Of a stretch of 17,292 nucleotides of DNA, positions 5,464 through 15,808 are shown one piece after another. The stretch's first letter is position 1; the number at the start of each line of letters is the position of its first letter. The stretch spans positions 1 to 17,292 of the forward strand of contig JBDIWC010000070.1 in NCBI GenBank assembly GCA_039794085.1, given 5' to 3'. A program made the translations under genes and the position numbers. Source of the stretch: Gemmatimonadales bacterium (lineage in GTDB: Bacteria > Gemmatimonadota > Gemmatimonadetes > Gemmatimonadales > GWC2-71-9). The notes under the pieces were generated by a model that was not told where the DNA came from, did no database searches, and was given only the letters and a program-made list of their open reading frames with translations.

Positions 5464-7353
5464 TCAGAGCTCCACCTGCGCACCCAGTTCCACCACCCGG
5501 TTGGGGGGCAGCCCGAAGAAGGCCGTGGCGCTTCGGGCGTTGCGGGTCATGAGGATGAAGAGGCGCTTGCGCCAGCCGGCGAACCGGGCGCGACCGGTGG
5601 GGAGGAGGGTCTCCCGGCCGAGATAGAAGGTGGTGTGCATCATCGTAGCCGTGATGCCAAGGGGTTGGAGTTTCTTCAGGATGCCGGGCACATCCGGCGT
5701 CTCCATGAAACCGTACTTCGCGATCACCTGATAGAAACCGTGGCCGCAGTCACGAAAGATGACACGGTCCGCGGGATCCACCGTGGGAACGTTCTCCGTC
5801 TCCACCGACATCAACACGAGTTTCTCGTGCAGCACCTTGTTGTGCTTCAAATGATGGAGAAGCACCGCCGGGGCCACCGTCGGATCGCTGCACATGAACA
5901 CCGCCACTCCGGGCACCCGGTGCGTGCCGTGCCGGCCGACATCCTGGATGAAGGCATCGAGCGGCATCGAGTGCTCCCGGGTGTGACGGAAGAGCAGCGC
6001 GCGTCCCCGCTTCCAGGTACTCATGAGCACATAGACGGTGGCCGCGATGGCCAACGGGATCCACCCGCCGCTCGGAATCTTCTCCAGATTGGCGGCGGCG
6101 AAGGACAAATCGACGACCAGAAAGAGACCACCCAGGGAGACAACCTTCCAGAGCGGCCACTTCCAGCGAGAGCGGGCCACCACCATGAACAACAGCGTGG
6201 TGGTGGCCATGGTGCCGGTGATGGCCACCCCGTAGGTGGCCGCCAGATTTGAGGAGCTCTTGAACCCGAGCACCAGGGTCACGCAGGCCACCATCAGGGC
6301 CCAGTTCACCTCGGGAATGTAGATCTGTCCTTTTTCGGATCGGCTGGTGTGCACGATCGTGACGCGTGGACTGAAGCCGAGCTGGACCGCCTGGTGGGTC
6401 AGGGAAAACGCCCCGCTGATCAGAGCTTGCGACGCCGTGATCGCCGCCCCCGTGGCGATGATGATCATCGGATAGAGAGCCCACCGGGGCACCAGATTGT
6501 AGAAGGCGTTGTGCACCGCCTCCGGATCCCGCAGCAGGAGTGCGCCCTGTCCGAAGTAGTTGAGCAGCAGGGCAGGAAGCACCACGGCGAACCAGGCGAC
6601 CCGGATCGGGCGCTTGCCGAAGTGCCCCATATCCGCGTAGAGCGCCTCCCCACCCGTGACCACGAGCACCACCGCCGACAGGACGAGAAAACCCTCGAAT
6701 CCATTGCGAAGGAAGAACCCAAGGGCGTGGTGCGGAGACAGCGCCGCCAGAACAGCGGGTTCCTGAACGATGCTGACCAGGCCCAGAACGGCAATGCACG
6801 CGAACCAGATCGTCGTCACCGGTCCGAACAGAGCCCCGACCAGCCCGGTGCCATGGCGCTGGACCATGAAGAGGCCCACGATGATCGCGAGGCTGATCCA
6901 GAGCACCAGGTCCCCCAGGGCGGGCGCGGCAACGGCCAGCCCCTCCATGGCTCCCAGGACGGAAATGGCGGGGGTGATCACCCCGTCCCCATAGAGCAGA
7001 GCCGATCCAAACAGGCCGACCAGGAGCAGCGCGGTACGCCGCCGCGTCTGGTGCTCGGGGCCCGAGAGCAGGGCCATGAGCGCCATGATGCCTCCCTCGC
7101 CCTGATTGTCCGCCCGCATCATGTGGACGACATACTTGAACGAAATGAGGAAGTTGATCGACCAGAAAATCAGGGACAGGATCCCGAGAATGTTGTCGGG
7201 CGTGACCGGCACTCCATGCTCCCCGTCGAAGGCTTCCCGAACGGCGTAGAGCGGGCTGGTGCCGATGTCTCCATAGACCACCCCGAGGGCCCCCAGGGAG
7301 AGCGCGGCCAGGGCACGCCCCCGGGGGGGTTCACGCGTCGGATGGGTGCTCAT
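5464..7353 (-). CDS. kup: KUP/HAK/KT potassium uptake protein
   Basis: LGALGVVYGDIGTSPLY, ADNQGEGG, YGDGVITPAISVL, TGGEALYADMGHFG, GQIYIPEVNW, C-terminal NRVVELGAQVEL. Start at 7353 (ATGA overlap with the VKOR stop); 629 aa. Confidence 0.97.
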   Translation of the reverse strand: MSTHPTREPPRGRALAALSLGALGVVYGDIGTSPLYAVREAFDGEHGVPVTPDNILGILSLIFWSINFLISFKYVVHMMRADNQGEGGIMALMALLSGPEHQTRRRTALLLVGLFGSALLYGDGVITPAISVLGAMEGLAVAAPALGDLVLWISLAIIVGLFMVQRHGTGLVGALFGPVTTIWFACIAVLGLVSIVQEPAVLAALSPHHALGFFLRNGFEGFLVLSAVVLVVTGGEALYADMGHFGKRPIRVAWFAVVLPALLLNYFGQGALLLRDPEAVHNAFYNLVPRWALYPMIIIATGAAITASQALISGAFSLTHQAVQLGFSPRVTIVHTSRSEKGQIYIPEVNWALMVACVTLVLGFKSSSNLAATYGVAITGTMATTTLLFMVVARSRWKWPLWKVVSLGGLFLVVDLSFAAANLEKIPSGGWIPLAIAATVYVLMSTWKRGRALLFRHTREHSMPLDAFIQDVGRHGTHRVPGVAVFMCSDPTVAPAVLLHHLKHNKVLHEKLVLMSVETENVPTVDPADRVIFRDCGHGFYQVIAKYGFMETPDVPGILKKLQPLGITATMMHTTFYLGRETLLPTGRARFAGWRKRLFILMTRNARSATAFFGLPPNRVVELGAQVEL

Positions 7354-7775
7354 GCGTGGCGTGACCGCCGGAAGTCGAGGAGGGCGAGAGCAAAGAGGAG
7401 GACGATGATGACGGCGGAGCCCACGCACCAGCGACAGATGGCGTGCAGCACGAAGAGCTCGATCCAGGTCAGGTACACCGTGAACGCCACACCGCCGCTC
7501 GTGAGCCCCAGGAGAGCCTGCGCCGGCCATCGCGCCGACTCCCACTTTGGCTGGATGCCAGCCAGGGCCACCCCGAGAATCGCCAGATACCCGAGAAGGC
7601 CGATCAGCGGCACCTCGATCCCGAGGAACCTGCTGTACTCGCTGAGTTGGACCGTCTCACACCCCCCGGTGCCGCAGGCGATGGCGCCGAGCAGCCCAAG
7701 CTTGTAGAGATACAGATAGGTGGACACCAGCACGCCGACCAGAGCGAGCAGGGCCGAGCCCATGCGGGGGGTCAC
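7350..7775 (-). CDS. Vitamin K epoxide reductase (VKOR) family disulfide-bond protein
   Basis: Four TM segments, loop cysteines in ACGTGGCETVQLSEYS, and CRWC active site. GTG start overlaps the dsbA stop (GTGA); alternative ATG at 7763. Confidence 0.92.
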   Translation of the reverse strand: MTPRMGSALLALVGVLVSTYLYLYKLGLLGAIACGTGGCETVQLSEYSRFLGIEVPLIGLLGYLAILGVALAGIQPKWESARWPAQALLGLTSGGVAFTVYLTWIELFVLHAICRWCVGSAVIIVLLFALALLDFRRSRHA

Positions 7776-8455
7776 GGCGTGGCGGCCTGCTCGAGCGAAT
7801 CCACCAGGGCCTTGATCTGATCCGACCCGATGTAGTTGTAGAGCCGTCCCCCGATCAGGAGGGTCGGGGTGGCGTTGACCCCGGTCCGGATCCCCTGCTC
7901 CGCCATCGCCTGGATGCGGCCGGCGTACTTGATGTCATTCATGCAGCTGTCGTACTGGCCCGGATCGACCCCGACCTGGCCGGCATAGTCCCGGAAGAGT
8001 GAACCGGCCCGGGAATCATTGGACCACACGGCCTGATTGCGGAACAGCAACTCGTGCATCGGCCAATAATGTCCTTGTTCATCGGCACAGGCGGCCGCGT
8101 GAGCGGCGAGACGGGCCCACCGATGGATGTTGTCGAGGGGGAAGTCCATGTAGCGCCAGCGGATCCGGCCGGTTTCCACCAGCTGGGCCCGCACGGTGGG
8201 GAACTGCATCTGCTCGAACTGACCACAGGCCGGACACTGGTAGTCGCCGAACTCGGTGATCTCGACCGGTGCGGTATCGGAGCCGAGGATGTAGCCCCGG
8301 AAGCCGGCCGTGTCCGCGGCGCTCACCTCGATGTTGGCCGGAATGCTCTTCGGGGCCGAGCCACGGACCACCCACCAGAGGGCGCCGCCCCCGGCCACCG
8401 CCACCGCCAGGAGCAGGAGATAGAACCGAGTCATTGAGGGTCGTGCCTGTGCCAT
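7772..8455 (-). CDS. Membrane-anchored DsbA/BdbD-like thioredoxin-fold oxidoreductase
   Basis: N-terminal TM anchor, APVEITEFGDYQCPAC, DFPL, GVNATPT cis-Pro loop. The start may be 8434 (ATGA overlap with the upstream stop). Confidence 0.92.
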   Translation of the reverse strand: MAQARPSMTRFYLLLLAVAVAGGGALWWVVRGSAPKSIPANIEVSAADTAGFRGYILGSDTAPVEITEFGDYQCPACGQFEQMQFPTVRAQLVETGRIRWRYMDFPLDNIHRWARLAAHAAACADEQGHYWPMHELLFRNQAVWSNDSRAGSLFRDYAGQVGVDPGQYDSCMNDIKYAGRIQAMAEQGIRTGVNATPTLLIGGRLYNYIGSDQIKALVDSLEQAATP

Positions 8456-8748
8456 GTCTCGTCATCCTCGTCTGTATCGGTGATGTCGTTGTCCGGGGTC
8501 CACCCGGTCCCCGCGTCGTCAACCAGCCGCCGATGCTCGGCCACCTCGGGGGTATCGTAGGTCAGGCGCACTTCGTAATGAAAAAGCTCCGATCGGATCG
8601 TCCCGAGGCGCTCCAGCAGTTCCGTGGACGCGTCCAGCAACCGACCGGCACGATCCAGCTCCCGCAGCCGCTCGGCCAGTGCCCGGAGCATCGCCTCGAG
8701 TTCCCGAGCTCGCGCCGTACCATAGACCTGCTCACCATCGGATTCCAT
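8431..8748 (-). CDS. Hypothetical protein (helical, acidic tail)
   Basis: 105 aa with natural composition and amphipathic helices. Fills the gap and overlaps the dsbA start. Confidence 0.75.
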   Translation of the reverse strand: MESDGEQVYGTARARELEAMLRALAERLRELDRAGRLLDASTELLERLGTIRSELFHYEVRLTYDTPEVAEHRRLVDDAGTGWTPDNDITDTDEDDETWHRHDPQ

Positions 8749-8799
8749 CGCGATCCAATCTAACCACGACCGGGGACGGGAGACACTCCGGGCCCCGGG

Positions 8800-8830
8800 T
8801 TTGCACGAAATGGTGCAAAGTACCTATATT
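8800..8830 (+). promoter_or_regulatory. Candidate promoter with overlapping palindrome in divergent intergenic region
   Basis: TTGCAC (8801-8806), 18 nt, TATATT (8825-8830). Perfect TTTGCAC-N6-GTGCAAA at 8800-8819. Confidence 0.5.
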
Positions 8831-8878
8831 GCGGTTCTGGAAACGAGTAGCCATTCCGCACAAGACCAAGGAAGGTGC

Positions 8879-9184
8879 ATGTCGAGGAACCCGAACGATC
8901 AGAAAACCCGCAAGAAACCCCGTCCCGACCCGGTACATAACGAATCCGTGCTGGACCAGGCCCGGGACGAGTTGTTCAGCCACATCCTCCGGTGCGGCGT
9001 CATCGACGCCGATGAAGTGCATCGGAACGAGTGGCTCGACGATACCCTGCAGTACCTGGCGGATCGCTATGCCGACCTCACGGAGGAGGACATCACCCGC
9101 CTCCGGACCCTCGGCGATCGCTTCTGCCGGCCGATCGTGATGGCAAACCGCCCCACCGAACCGGTCGGGGCTCCCGAAGCCTGA
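8879..9184 (+). CDS. Hypothetical protein (101 aa, helical)
   Basis: GGAAGG RBS before ATG 8879; SVLDQARDELFSHILRCGVI...WLDDTLQYLADRY...LGDRFCRP; GC3-rich codons; followed by a terminator. Confidence 0.8.
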   Translation: MSRNPNDQKTRKKPRPDPVHNESVLDQARDELFSHILRCGVIDADEVHRNEWLDDTLQYLADRYADLTEEDITRLRTLGDRFCRPIVMANRPTEPVGAPEA

Positions 9185-9206
9185 TCCGGTCGGAATCACG
9201 ACCCCC

Positions 9207-9242
9207 ACGGGCCATGCCGCTCCCTGCGGCGTGGCCCGTTTT
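9207..9242 (+). terminator. Intrinsic terminator hairpin between convergent genes
   Basis: ACGGGCCATGCCGC-TCCCT-GCGGCGTGGCCCGT (14-bp stem with one G-U) followed by a short T run. Confidence 0.7.
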
Positions 9243-11325
9243 ACAGGACTTCTTCGATCGCGTCGATGTCGGCAATCCGGCGGAAGGCGGACCGGATCCC
9301 CGACAGCAGCCGGAGCCGGTTCCCCCGAAGAGCGGGATCGGGGTCGTTCACCAGGACCGCGTCGAAGAACCGGTCGACCGGGGCCCGGAGCCCGGCGAGA
9401 ATCGTCATCGCCCCCCCGAAGTCCTCCTGAGCCATCGCCTGCTGCAGCGCGGGGTCGGCGGCGGCGAGAGCCGCGTGCAGCAACTGTTCCGCCGGATCCC
9501 GCAGCCAGGCCGGGTCGACGGCACCCTCCCAGGACGTCCCATCCTTCTTCTCCTCGATCGCCACGATGTTCCCGGCCCGGCGAACTCCCGCGAGGAGGTT
9601 CCGTCCCTCCTCCCCGTCGAGAAAGACCCCGAGGGCATCGATGCGCCGGAGCAGGCGGACCAGGTCGTCGTCGGCCCCGTCTCCATGCACCGCGGCGATC
9701 AGGTCGTGGCGAGTTCCCAGAGACCGGAGATGCACCTTGAGGCGATCGGCGACAAAACCCATCAGGTCCTGGATGACCTGCTCCCGATCCACCCCGTCGA
9801 GCAGCGCCCCATACCCGGCCCAGGCGGCCCGGAACGCCTCCCGCAGGGAGAGGCGGAGCCTGTTGTCCAGCACCAGGCGGATCACGCCGAGCGCGGCCCG
9901 GCGCAGAGCAAAGGGGTCCTTGGATCCTGTCGGCCGCTGCTCCCGGGCGAAGAATCCCGTCAGCAAGTCGAGCCGCTCGGCCAGGGCCACCACCACGCTT
10001 GTGGGTCGGGTCGGGCACGCCTCGTCGGGTCCCCGCGGGGCGTAGTGTTCCCCGATGGCCCGGGCCACGTCCTCCGGCTCCCCGTGGGCCCGGGCGATGT
10101 ACCCACCCACCACGCCCTGCAGTTCGGGAAACTCCCCCACGAGGCCCGTCACCAGGTCCGCCTTGGCGAGCCGTCCGGCCCGGGCACTTCGCTCCATGTC
10201 GGCCCCGGGAACGGACGCAGCAAGGATTCGTGAGAGATTCTCCAGCCGGAGTGCCCGATTCCGGAGCGAACCGAGCCGGGCGTGAAACACCATCCGGTCC
10301 AGGGCATCGAGCCGGGACTCCAGCGGCTGGCCCCGGTCCTGGTCCCAGAAGAAACGGGCGTCCCAGAGCCGGGCCCGCAGCACCCGCTCGTTGCCACGGC
10401 GGATCGCGGCGCCCCCGTCCTCGGCGTCCAGGTTGGCCATCACGATGAAATGCGGCGCCAGGGTCCCATCCGGATTCCGCAGCGCCAGATATTTCTGATG
10501 CTGCCGCATGGTCGTGACGAGAACCTCCGGCGGCACGTCCATGAAGGCGGGATCGATGGCACCCAGAAGCGGAACCGGCCACTCCACGAGCCCGGTGATC
10601 TCGTCCACCAGGCCCGGGTCGGGCACCAGGGCCAGCCCCGCCTTCCGGGCCACCGTCTCGGCTCCCTCCGCCACCCGGGCCCGCCGCGCCTCCACCGAGG
10701 CGATCACCCGCGCCGGTTCCAGCACGCCGGGATACGCCGCGGGATTTGGAACCAGGAGGGGACCGGGGCCATGGAGACGATGCCCCACGGTGGCCCGTCC
10801 GCTGGCGACCGGTCCGAACCGGAAGGGAACGACATCGTCGCCGAACAGACAGACGATGGCCTGGAGAGGACGAACCCACTTCACGTCGTGTGACCCCCAC
10901 CGCATCGACTTGGGCCAGGGGAACCGCTGCAGCACATCCGGCAGCGCCGCGGCCAGCAGCTCGGCGGTGGGTCGTCCCGGCTCCTCGATGCGTGCCACGA
11001 GAATGGCGCCCTTCGTCTCGGCGCGGGTCTCGATGGTGAAACGACTCCCTTCGAGGCCGCGCAGGAAACCGTCGCGCGCCGCGGCGGGGGCGTCCTCCCG
11101 GGGGCCCCGGCGCTCCACCACCCGATCCTCCTGCCGGTCGGGGACACCCGGGATCAGGACCGCGATCCGCCGCGGGGTGGAGAAGGACCGCACGGTCTCG
11201 GCCGTCCAGGCCAGACCCGCCTCGGCGAGCACACCGGTCACCCCGCGCACCAGGGCTTCCCGGGCCGGCCCCTGCATCCGGGCGGGGATCTCCTCGGAGA
11301 CGAGTTCCAGCAGCAGATCAGTCAT
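9241..11325 (-). CDS. glyS: Glycine--tRNA ligase beta subunit
   Basis: [80 protein letters not shown]-terminal NRLRLL; 694 aa. Confidence 0.97.
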   Translation of the reverse strand: MTDLLLELVSEEIPARMQGPAREALVRGVTGVLAEAGLAWTAETVRSFSTPRRIAVLIPGVPDRQEDRVVERRGPREDAPAAARDGFLRGLEGSRFTIETRAETKGAILVARIEEPGRPTAELLAAALPDVLQRFPWPKSMRWGSHDVKWVRPLQAIVCLFGDDVVPFRFGPVASGRATVGHRLHGPGPLLVPNPAAYPGVLEPARVIASVEARRARVAEGAETVARKAGLALVPDPGLVDEITGLVEWPVPLLGAIDPAFMDVPPEVLVTTMRQHQKYLALRNPDGTLAPHFIVMANLDAEDGGAAIRRGNERVLRARLWDARFFWDQDRGQPLESRLDALDRMVFHARLGSLRNRALRLENLSRILAASVPGADMERSARAGRLAKADLVTGLVGEFPELQGVVGGYIARAHGEPEDVARAIGEHYAPRGPDEACPTRPTSVVVALAERLDLLTGFFAREQRPTGSKDPFALRRAALGVIRLVLDNRLRLSLREAFRAAWAGYGALLDGVDREQVIQDLMGFVADRLKVHLRSLGTRHDLIAAVHGDGADDDLVRLLRRIDALGVFLDGEEGRNLLAGVRRAGNIVAIEEKKDGTSWEGAVDPAWLRDPAEQLLHAALAAADPALQQAMAQEDFGGAMTILAGLRAPVDRFFDAVLVNDPDPALRGNRLRLLSGIRSAFRRIADIDAIEEVL

Positions 11326-12184
11326 GGCGCTCCTCCGCCAACCAGGCTTCACAGCAGGCCTTGGCCAGCGCCCGGACCCGACCGATGAAGGCCTGGCGCT
11401 CGGTCACGCTGATCGCCCCGCGCGCATCGAGCAGGTTGAAGAGGTGACTTGCCTTGAGACACTGGTCGTAGGCGGGAAGCGCGAGACCCCGCAGCAGAGT
11501 CCGGCCGCATTCCGCCTCGGCATCGGCGAAGTGGCGCGCCAGCGTCTCGGTGTCGGCGACCTCGAAGTTCCAGGTGGAAAACTCCTGCTCGGCCCGGTGG
11601 AACACCTGGCCGTAGGTGACCCCCTGGCCGTTCCAGTCGAGGTCATACACGTTCTCGATCCCCTGCACATACATGGCCAGCCGTTCGAGTCCGTAGGTCA
11701 GCTCGCCCGCCACCGGTCGGCAGTCGAACCCGCCGACCTGCTGGAAGTAGGTGAACTGCGACACCTCCATTCCGTCGCACCAGACCTCCCACCCGAGACC
11801 CCAGGCACCCAGCGTCGGGCTTTCCCAATCGTCCTCGACGAAACGGATGTCGTGGAGCCGCGGGTCGATGCCGAGTTCCCGCAGGCTCCCGAGATACAGG
11901 TCCTGGATGTCGTCAGGGGAGGGTTTGAGAATCACCTGAAACTGATAGTAGTGCTGGAGACGGTTGGGGTTGGTGCCATACCGTCCGTCGGTGGGCCGCC
12001 GGGAGGGCTGCACGTAGGCCGCATTCCACGGCGAGGGACCGAGAGCTCTCAGCGTCGTCGCCGGGTGGAAGGTTCCGGCCCCGACTTCGAGGTCGTACGG
12101 CTGGAGCAGCACGCAGCCGTGTCGCCCCCACCAGGATTGCAGCCGGAGGATCAGGTCCTGGAAGCTGGAAGAGCGGTGAGTCAT
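11318..12184 (-). CDS. glyQ: Glycine--tRNA ligase alpha subunit
   Basis: [78 protein letters not shown]. Start at 12184 (ATGA overlap); 288 aa. Confidence 0.98.
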   Translation of the reverse strand: MTHRSSSFQDLILRLQSWWGRHGCVLLQPYDLEVGAGTFHPATTLRALGPSPWNAAYVQPSRRPTDGRYGTNPNRLQHYYQFQVILKPSPDDIQDLYLGSLRELGIDPRLHDIRFVEDDWESPTLGAWGLGWEVWCDGMEVSQFTYFQQVGGFDCRPVAGELTYGLERLAMYVQGIENVYDLDWNGQGVTYGQVFHRAEQEFSTWNFEVADTETLARHFADAEAECGRTLLRGLALPAYDQCLKASHLFNLLDARGAISVTERQAFIGRVRALAKACCEAWLAEERHD

Positions 12185-12591
12185 CCGAGCGTGAGGTCCC
12201 AGGTCAGGGGGATCGAAGGGTCGAGGGAGTGGCGCACCGAGCAGTAGGTCTCCAGGGAGAGCGTGATCGCCCGGCGGGCCTTGACCTCGTCGAGACCGCT
12301 CCCCGCCAGGTGAAAGTGCAGATGGAGCGACACGTACCGACGGGGCGGCTCGGGGTGCCGCTCCCCGGTGGCCTCGATGCGGCAGGTCGTCAGGTCGACC
12401 TGCATCTTGGGGAGAATGCTCACCACGTCGGCTCCGGCGCAGCCGGCCAGGGCCACCAGCAGCCCGTGCATCGGCCCCGGCGCCCGGATCACGTCGCCGT
12501 CGAGATCGATCGGGGGCGCTCCGGGGGGCCCTCCGCGAAAAGTGAGGGCGCCCGTCCAGTCGAGTGTGATGGTGCGTGTCGCGTCGCTCAT
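12181..12591 (-). CDS. OsmC/YhfA family protein
   Basis: [23 protein letters not shown] and SLETYCSV carry the two conserved Cys. GGAG RBS before ATG 12591. Confidence 0.88.
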   Translation of the reverse strand: MSDATRTITLDWTGALTFRGGPPGAPPIDLDGDVIRAPGPMHGLLVALAGCAGADVVSILPKMQVDLTTCRIEATGERHPEPPRRYVSLHLHFHLAGSGLDEVKARRAITLSLETYCSVRHSLDPSIPLTWDLTLG

Positions 12592-13166
12592 GGTTCTCCT
12601 GTGGTGGGACCGCACTCACGCCCCAACGTGCGGTGTGCCACCCGGGCCACCCGGGTGTAGTCCCACACCGCGTACACGGCGATGCCTCCCGTGGCCCAGG
12701 CCATCGGACGGAGGTAGGACGACTCGACCAGGAAGGCCAGCAGCGTCAACAGCTGTCCCACCGTCACCATCTTTCCGCCCAGCCGGGCGGGAATGGCCGC
12801 GGGTCGGCCGAACACCACCGTGGCGAGGAAGGCACCGGTGGCGGCGAGATCACGCAACAGCACCGCGACGATCTCCAGCCAGGTCAGCGTCCCCTCCACC
12901 AGCACGACCCCGAAGGCCGACGCCATGAAGACCTTGTCGGCCACCGGATCGAGGAAGGTCCCCGCGCGGGAAGCTCCGTAACGCCGCGCCAGCCAGCCAT
13001 CCGCAAGGTCCGAGGCGGCCGCGACGGCCAGAATCACGATCCGCGCGGCGGTGCCGGGCACCAGGACAAAGGCCAGGGCCAGGGGAAACCGGATCGCCGT
13101 CATCAGATCCGCCGGCGTCCAGGCCGGGGTGTCACGCAGGTTGCTCTCGATGCCGGATGCCTTCAT
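12588..13166 (-). CDS. CDP-alcohol phosphatidyltransferase (PgsA-like)
   Basis: [27 protein letters not shown] matches the D-x2-DG-x2-AR...G-x3-D-x3-D signature; multiple TM segments; GKMVTVGQ. Confidence 0.9.
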   Translation of the reverse strand: MKASGIESNLRDTPAWTPADLMTAIRFPLALAFVLVPGTAARIVILAVAAASDLADGWLARRYGASRAGTFLDPVADKVFMASAFGVVLVEGTLTWLEIVAVLLRDLAATGAFLATVVFGRPAAIPARLGGKMVTVGQLLTLLAFLVESSYLRPMAWATGGIAVYAVWDYTRVARVAHRTLGRECGPTTGEP

Positions 13167-13198
13167 GCGGGCGGAAACTTACACGCCCGCACCCCGGA

Positions 13199-15808
13199 TC
13201 AACACTTCCGCCGGGCCCGAACCACCCCTTCCGTGCGTCGGTCGGGATCAAACGACTCGGAGACCAGCGCGTGGATGTCATCCACCGTGACCGCGCCCAG
13301 CGCCGCCGCCGTAGTGCCCACTTCCTCCAGCCCCGATCCGGAGAGCCAGGCATCCACGATGTCCCCCGCCACCACGCCGGGCGACTGCCGGGCCACCTGA
13401 TCCTGCCCGATGAGGTATTGCCGTGCCCGGGAGAGTGCGTCCTCGCCGGGAGGCTCGTCGCGAAACCGGGCCAGTTCGCCCAGGATCGCCTCCCGGGCCT
13501 CGTCCTCGCGCTGGGGGGAGGTGGCGAGGCCCACCACGATTCCTCCCGCCTCACGGCGGCACCAGGGACCGGCGGTCACGGAGTAGGCCAATGAGCGGCG
13601 ATCACGGAGTGCCTCGAAGAGTCGTCCTCCCAGTCCCCCCGCCAGGGCGCCCCAGCATTCCGCGGCAAAGCGGGCCACCGACCCACGATCGGGACCGGGA
13701 AAGATCATCGCGATCGCCGACTGCGCCCGGTCACGCTCCTCCACCACCTGCCCGGGTCTTGGTTCGGGCTCGGGGTGGAGGCCCCCCAGTCCAGAGCAAC
13801 ACTCAGCGAGATCACCCCATCCTGCGGCGAGCCGGTCGAGCATCGCATCCGGATCCTGATCGGCCGCCACCACGACCACCGGGCGGCCCCCTGGCCTCCC
13901 CGCAGACCATTCCCGCACGAGTGCCTCATCAAGACCCTCCACCGTCTCGGGAGTGCCTCCCGGCGGGATCCCGTAGCGATGGCCGGGAAACCGCGCGCTG
14001 AGCGCCAGGCGCAAGGGGTATCGGGACATGTCGTCGGTCAGGCGGCGGGCATCGTCCACCTGGAGGTCACGTTCGTGGCGCACCTGATCGGCGTCATACC
14101 GGGGGCTCTCGGACACCCATCGGAGCAGGTCTGCCGCCTCACCCAGTGAGTCCAGCGGCACCGTGGTGTGCCACCCGAAGGTTTCGGTGGAGTACGACGC
14201 GTGGAGGGTGCCACCGATCTGCTCAAGGGCCAGAGGGAGCCCGGTGGCACCGTAGGGGCCCGCACCGCGCGCGGCGGAGCGCACCGCCAGCATCCCACGT
14301 CCCGCGAGGTGGGGAGGATCCCCCTGGAGCAGCAGCCGGGTCACGGAAACCGAGGCGAGTCGGGTACCGGGAAGGCGGCAGGCGATCAGATCGACCCCGG
14401 AGCAGGCGGCATGGCGGAGAGCACGGACCGTCCGGCGTGCAACGCGCACGGGAGGGGGAGGAGTGACGGACGGAAGCACGGGAAGAAGGGGGATCGGAGG
14501 GGCCCCGTTCCTGTGGGACACCAGATCCGCCACGCCGACCGGTTGATAGATCACCAGCCCCGAGCTCTCCGGCGTCAGCCACCGCTCCATCGCCTCCCGC
14601 ACCCGGATCTCCGAGACTGACTGGAGCGCCTCGTATTCCGTGTCGAGACCATGAACGTCCCCCCGGGCCTCGGCCCCGGTGAGCGCGGCTGCCAACCCTT
14701 CGACCCGGTCCAGGTGGGCAATCCACCGGGCCGCCAGCACCCGCCGAGCCCGGGCCAACTCCGGCGCGAGATCGGACGTTCCCGTCACCGTTCGGACCAC
14801 CGACTCCAGGCGTCCCCGAACCTCCGGCGTGCGGGCCGGCCGGCAGTGGGCCGTGAGGAGGAAGGCGCCGATGCCTGCCGGGGTGTATTGGAACGCGCGG
14901 GCACCGGTAGCCCATCCCGGCTCCCGGAGAGCCCGGGACAGGAAGCTTCCACGGCCGGCTCCGAGTAGTGTCGCGGCCATGGTGAGGGGGATGTTGTCGG
15001 GATGGTCGTGGGGAACGGTGCGCCACCCGAGGAGCACCTCGGTGCTGCGCACGTCTCCCCGCAGAACGCGGTGGCGCGGTCCGCTCTCCCTCACCGTCTC
15101 TTCAGGTCCCCGATCCATGGGTGACGGGGGTGCCGACAGCGACGACAGGGACTCGGCCACCCGGGCCAGCATCCGTTCCGGATCTCCCGGGGCCACCACC
15201 GTGACCACCATCCGGGAGGGGACATAGTGTGCCGCGTGAAACTCGCGCAGGTGACCGGAGGTCAGGCGCATCAAGGCCTCCTCTTCGCCGATGCGCCAGC
15301 GGCGGATGCGATGCCGGTCATGGAGGAGGGCGTAGAGGGCCTCCAGCGCCACGGCACCCGGGGTGTCCCGCTTCCGCTTCACCTCCTCCACGATCACGCG
15401 GAGCTCCCGTGCCAGTTCGCCGGGATCGAGGGCGGGAGAAGTCACCGCATCGAGGAGCTCATCCCAGGCCTCGTCCCACCGGTCGGGCGGCACCACTGCG
15501 TGATAGGTCGTGCCGTCGTAGCCGGTGGCGGCGTTGACGTATCCCCCCGCGGCCCGGATGGTTCGGGCCAGATCCCCGGGTCGCTGCCGTGCCGTTCCCT
15601 TGAACACCAGGTGCTCGAGCACGTGGGACACACCGACCCGGGAATCCGGTTCGTCGAAGTATCCGGCATTGACGCGGATCATCACGGCGGCCGCGGGCCG
15701 GTCCGCCGCCCGGGCGAGGACCGTGGCCCCGTTGGGCAACACCAGCCGGTGGAGTCCGGCGGTCCAGCGGGAGGAGGATCCGGAGACGGGTGCGCCTGCT
15801 CCGGTCAT
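13199..15808 (-). CDS. M16 family (insulinase/PqqL-like) zinc peptidase, fused two-module form
   Basis: LPNG, GVSHVLEHLVFKGT (HxxEH), NAATGYDGT, C-terminal GRLFEALRDRRSLAY. Start at 15808 (ATGA overlap with the TPR stop); 869 aa; no signal peptide. Confidence 0.92.
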   Translation of the reverse strand: MTGAGAPVSGSSSRWTAGLHRLVLPNGATVLARAADRPAAAVMIRVNAGYFDEPDSRVGVSHVLEHLVFKGTARQRPGDLARTIRAAGGYVNAATGYDGTTYHAVVPPDRWDEAWDELLDAVTSPALDPGELARELRVIVEEVKRKRDTPGAVALEALYALLHDRHRIRRWRIGEEEALMRLTSGHLREFHAAHYVPSRMVVTVVAPGDPERMLARVAESLSSLSAPPSPMDRGPEETVRESGPRHRVLRGDVRSTEVLLGWRTVPHDHPDNIPLTMAATLLGAGRGSFLSRALREPGWATGARAFQYTPAGIGAFLLTAHCRPARTPEVRGRLESVVRTVTGTSDLAPELARARRVLAARWIAHLDRVEGLAAALTGAEARGDVHGLDTEYEALQSVSEIRVREAMERWLTPESSGLVIYQPVGVADLVSHRNGAPPIPLLPVLPSVTPPPPVRVARRTVRALRHAACSGVDLIACRLPGTRLASVSVTRLLLQGDPPHLAGRGMLAVRSAARGAGPYGATGLPLALEQIGGTLHASYSTETFGWHTTVPLDSLGEAADLLRWVSESPRYDADQVRHERDLQVDDARRLTDDMSRYPLRLALSARFPGHRYGIPPGGTPETVEGLDEALVREWSAGRPGGRPVVVVAADQDPDAMLDRLAAGWGDLAECCSGLGGLHPEPEPRPGQVVEERDRAQSAIAMIFPGPDRGSVARFAAECWGALAGGLGGRLFEALRDRRSLAYSVTAGPWCRREAGGIVVGLATSPQREDEAREAILGELARFRDEPPGEDALSRARQYLIGQDQVARQSPGVVAGDIVDAWLSGSGLEEVGTTAAALGAVTVDDIHALVSESFDPDRRTEGVVRARRKC

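Noticed and set aside
8732..12247. Long alternative ORFs (8732..10900 -, 9031..10233 +, 10508..12247 +, and similar ones over cadA, kup and the M16 gene)
   Set aside because: Shadow frames of high-GC genes with Arg/Pro/Gly-rich composition and no motifs.
13167..13190. GCGGGCG-N10-CGCCCGC hairpin and TAAGTT -10-like box just before the phosphatidyltransferase start
   Set aside because: Short GC stems arise by chance at this GC content, there is no U-tract, and the candidate -35 spacing is only 15 nt.
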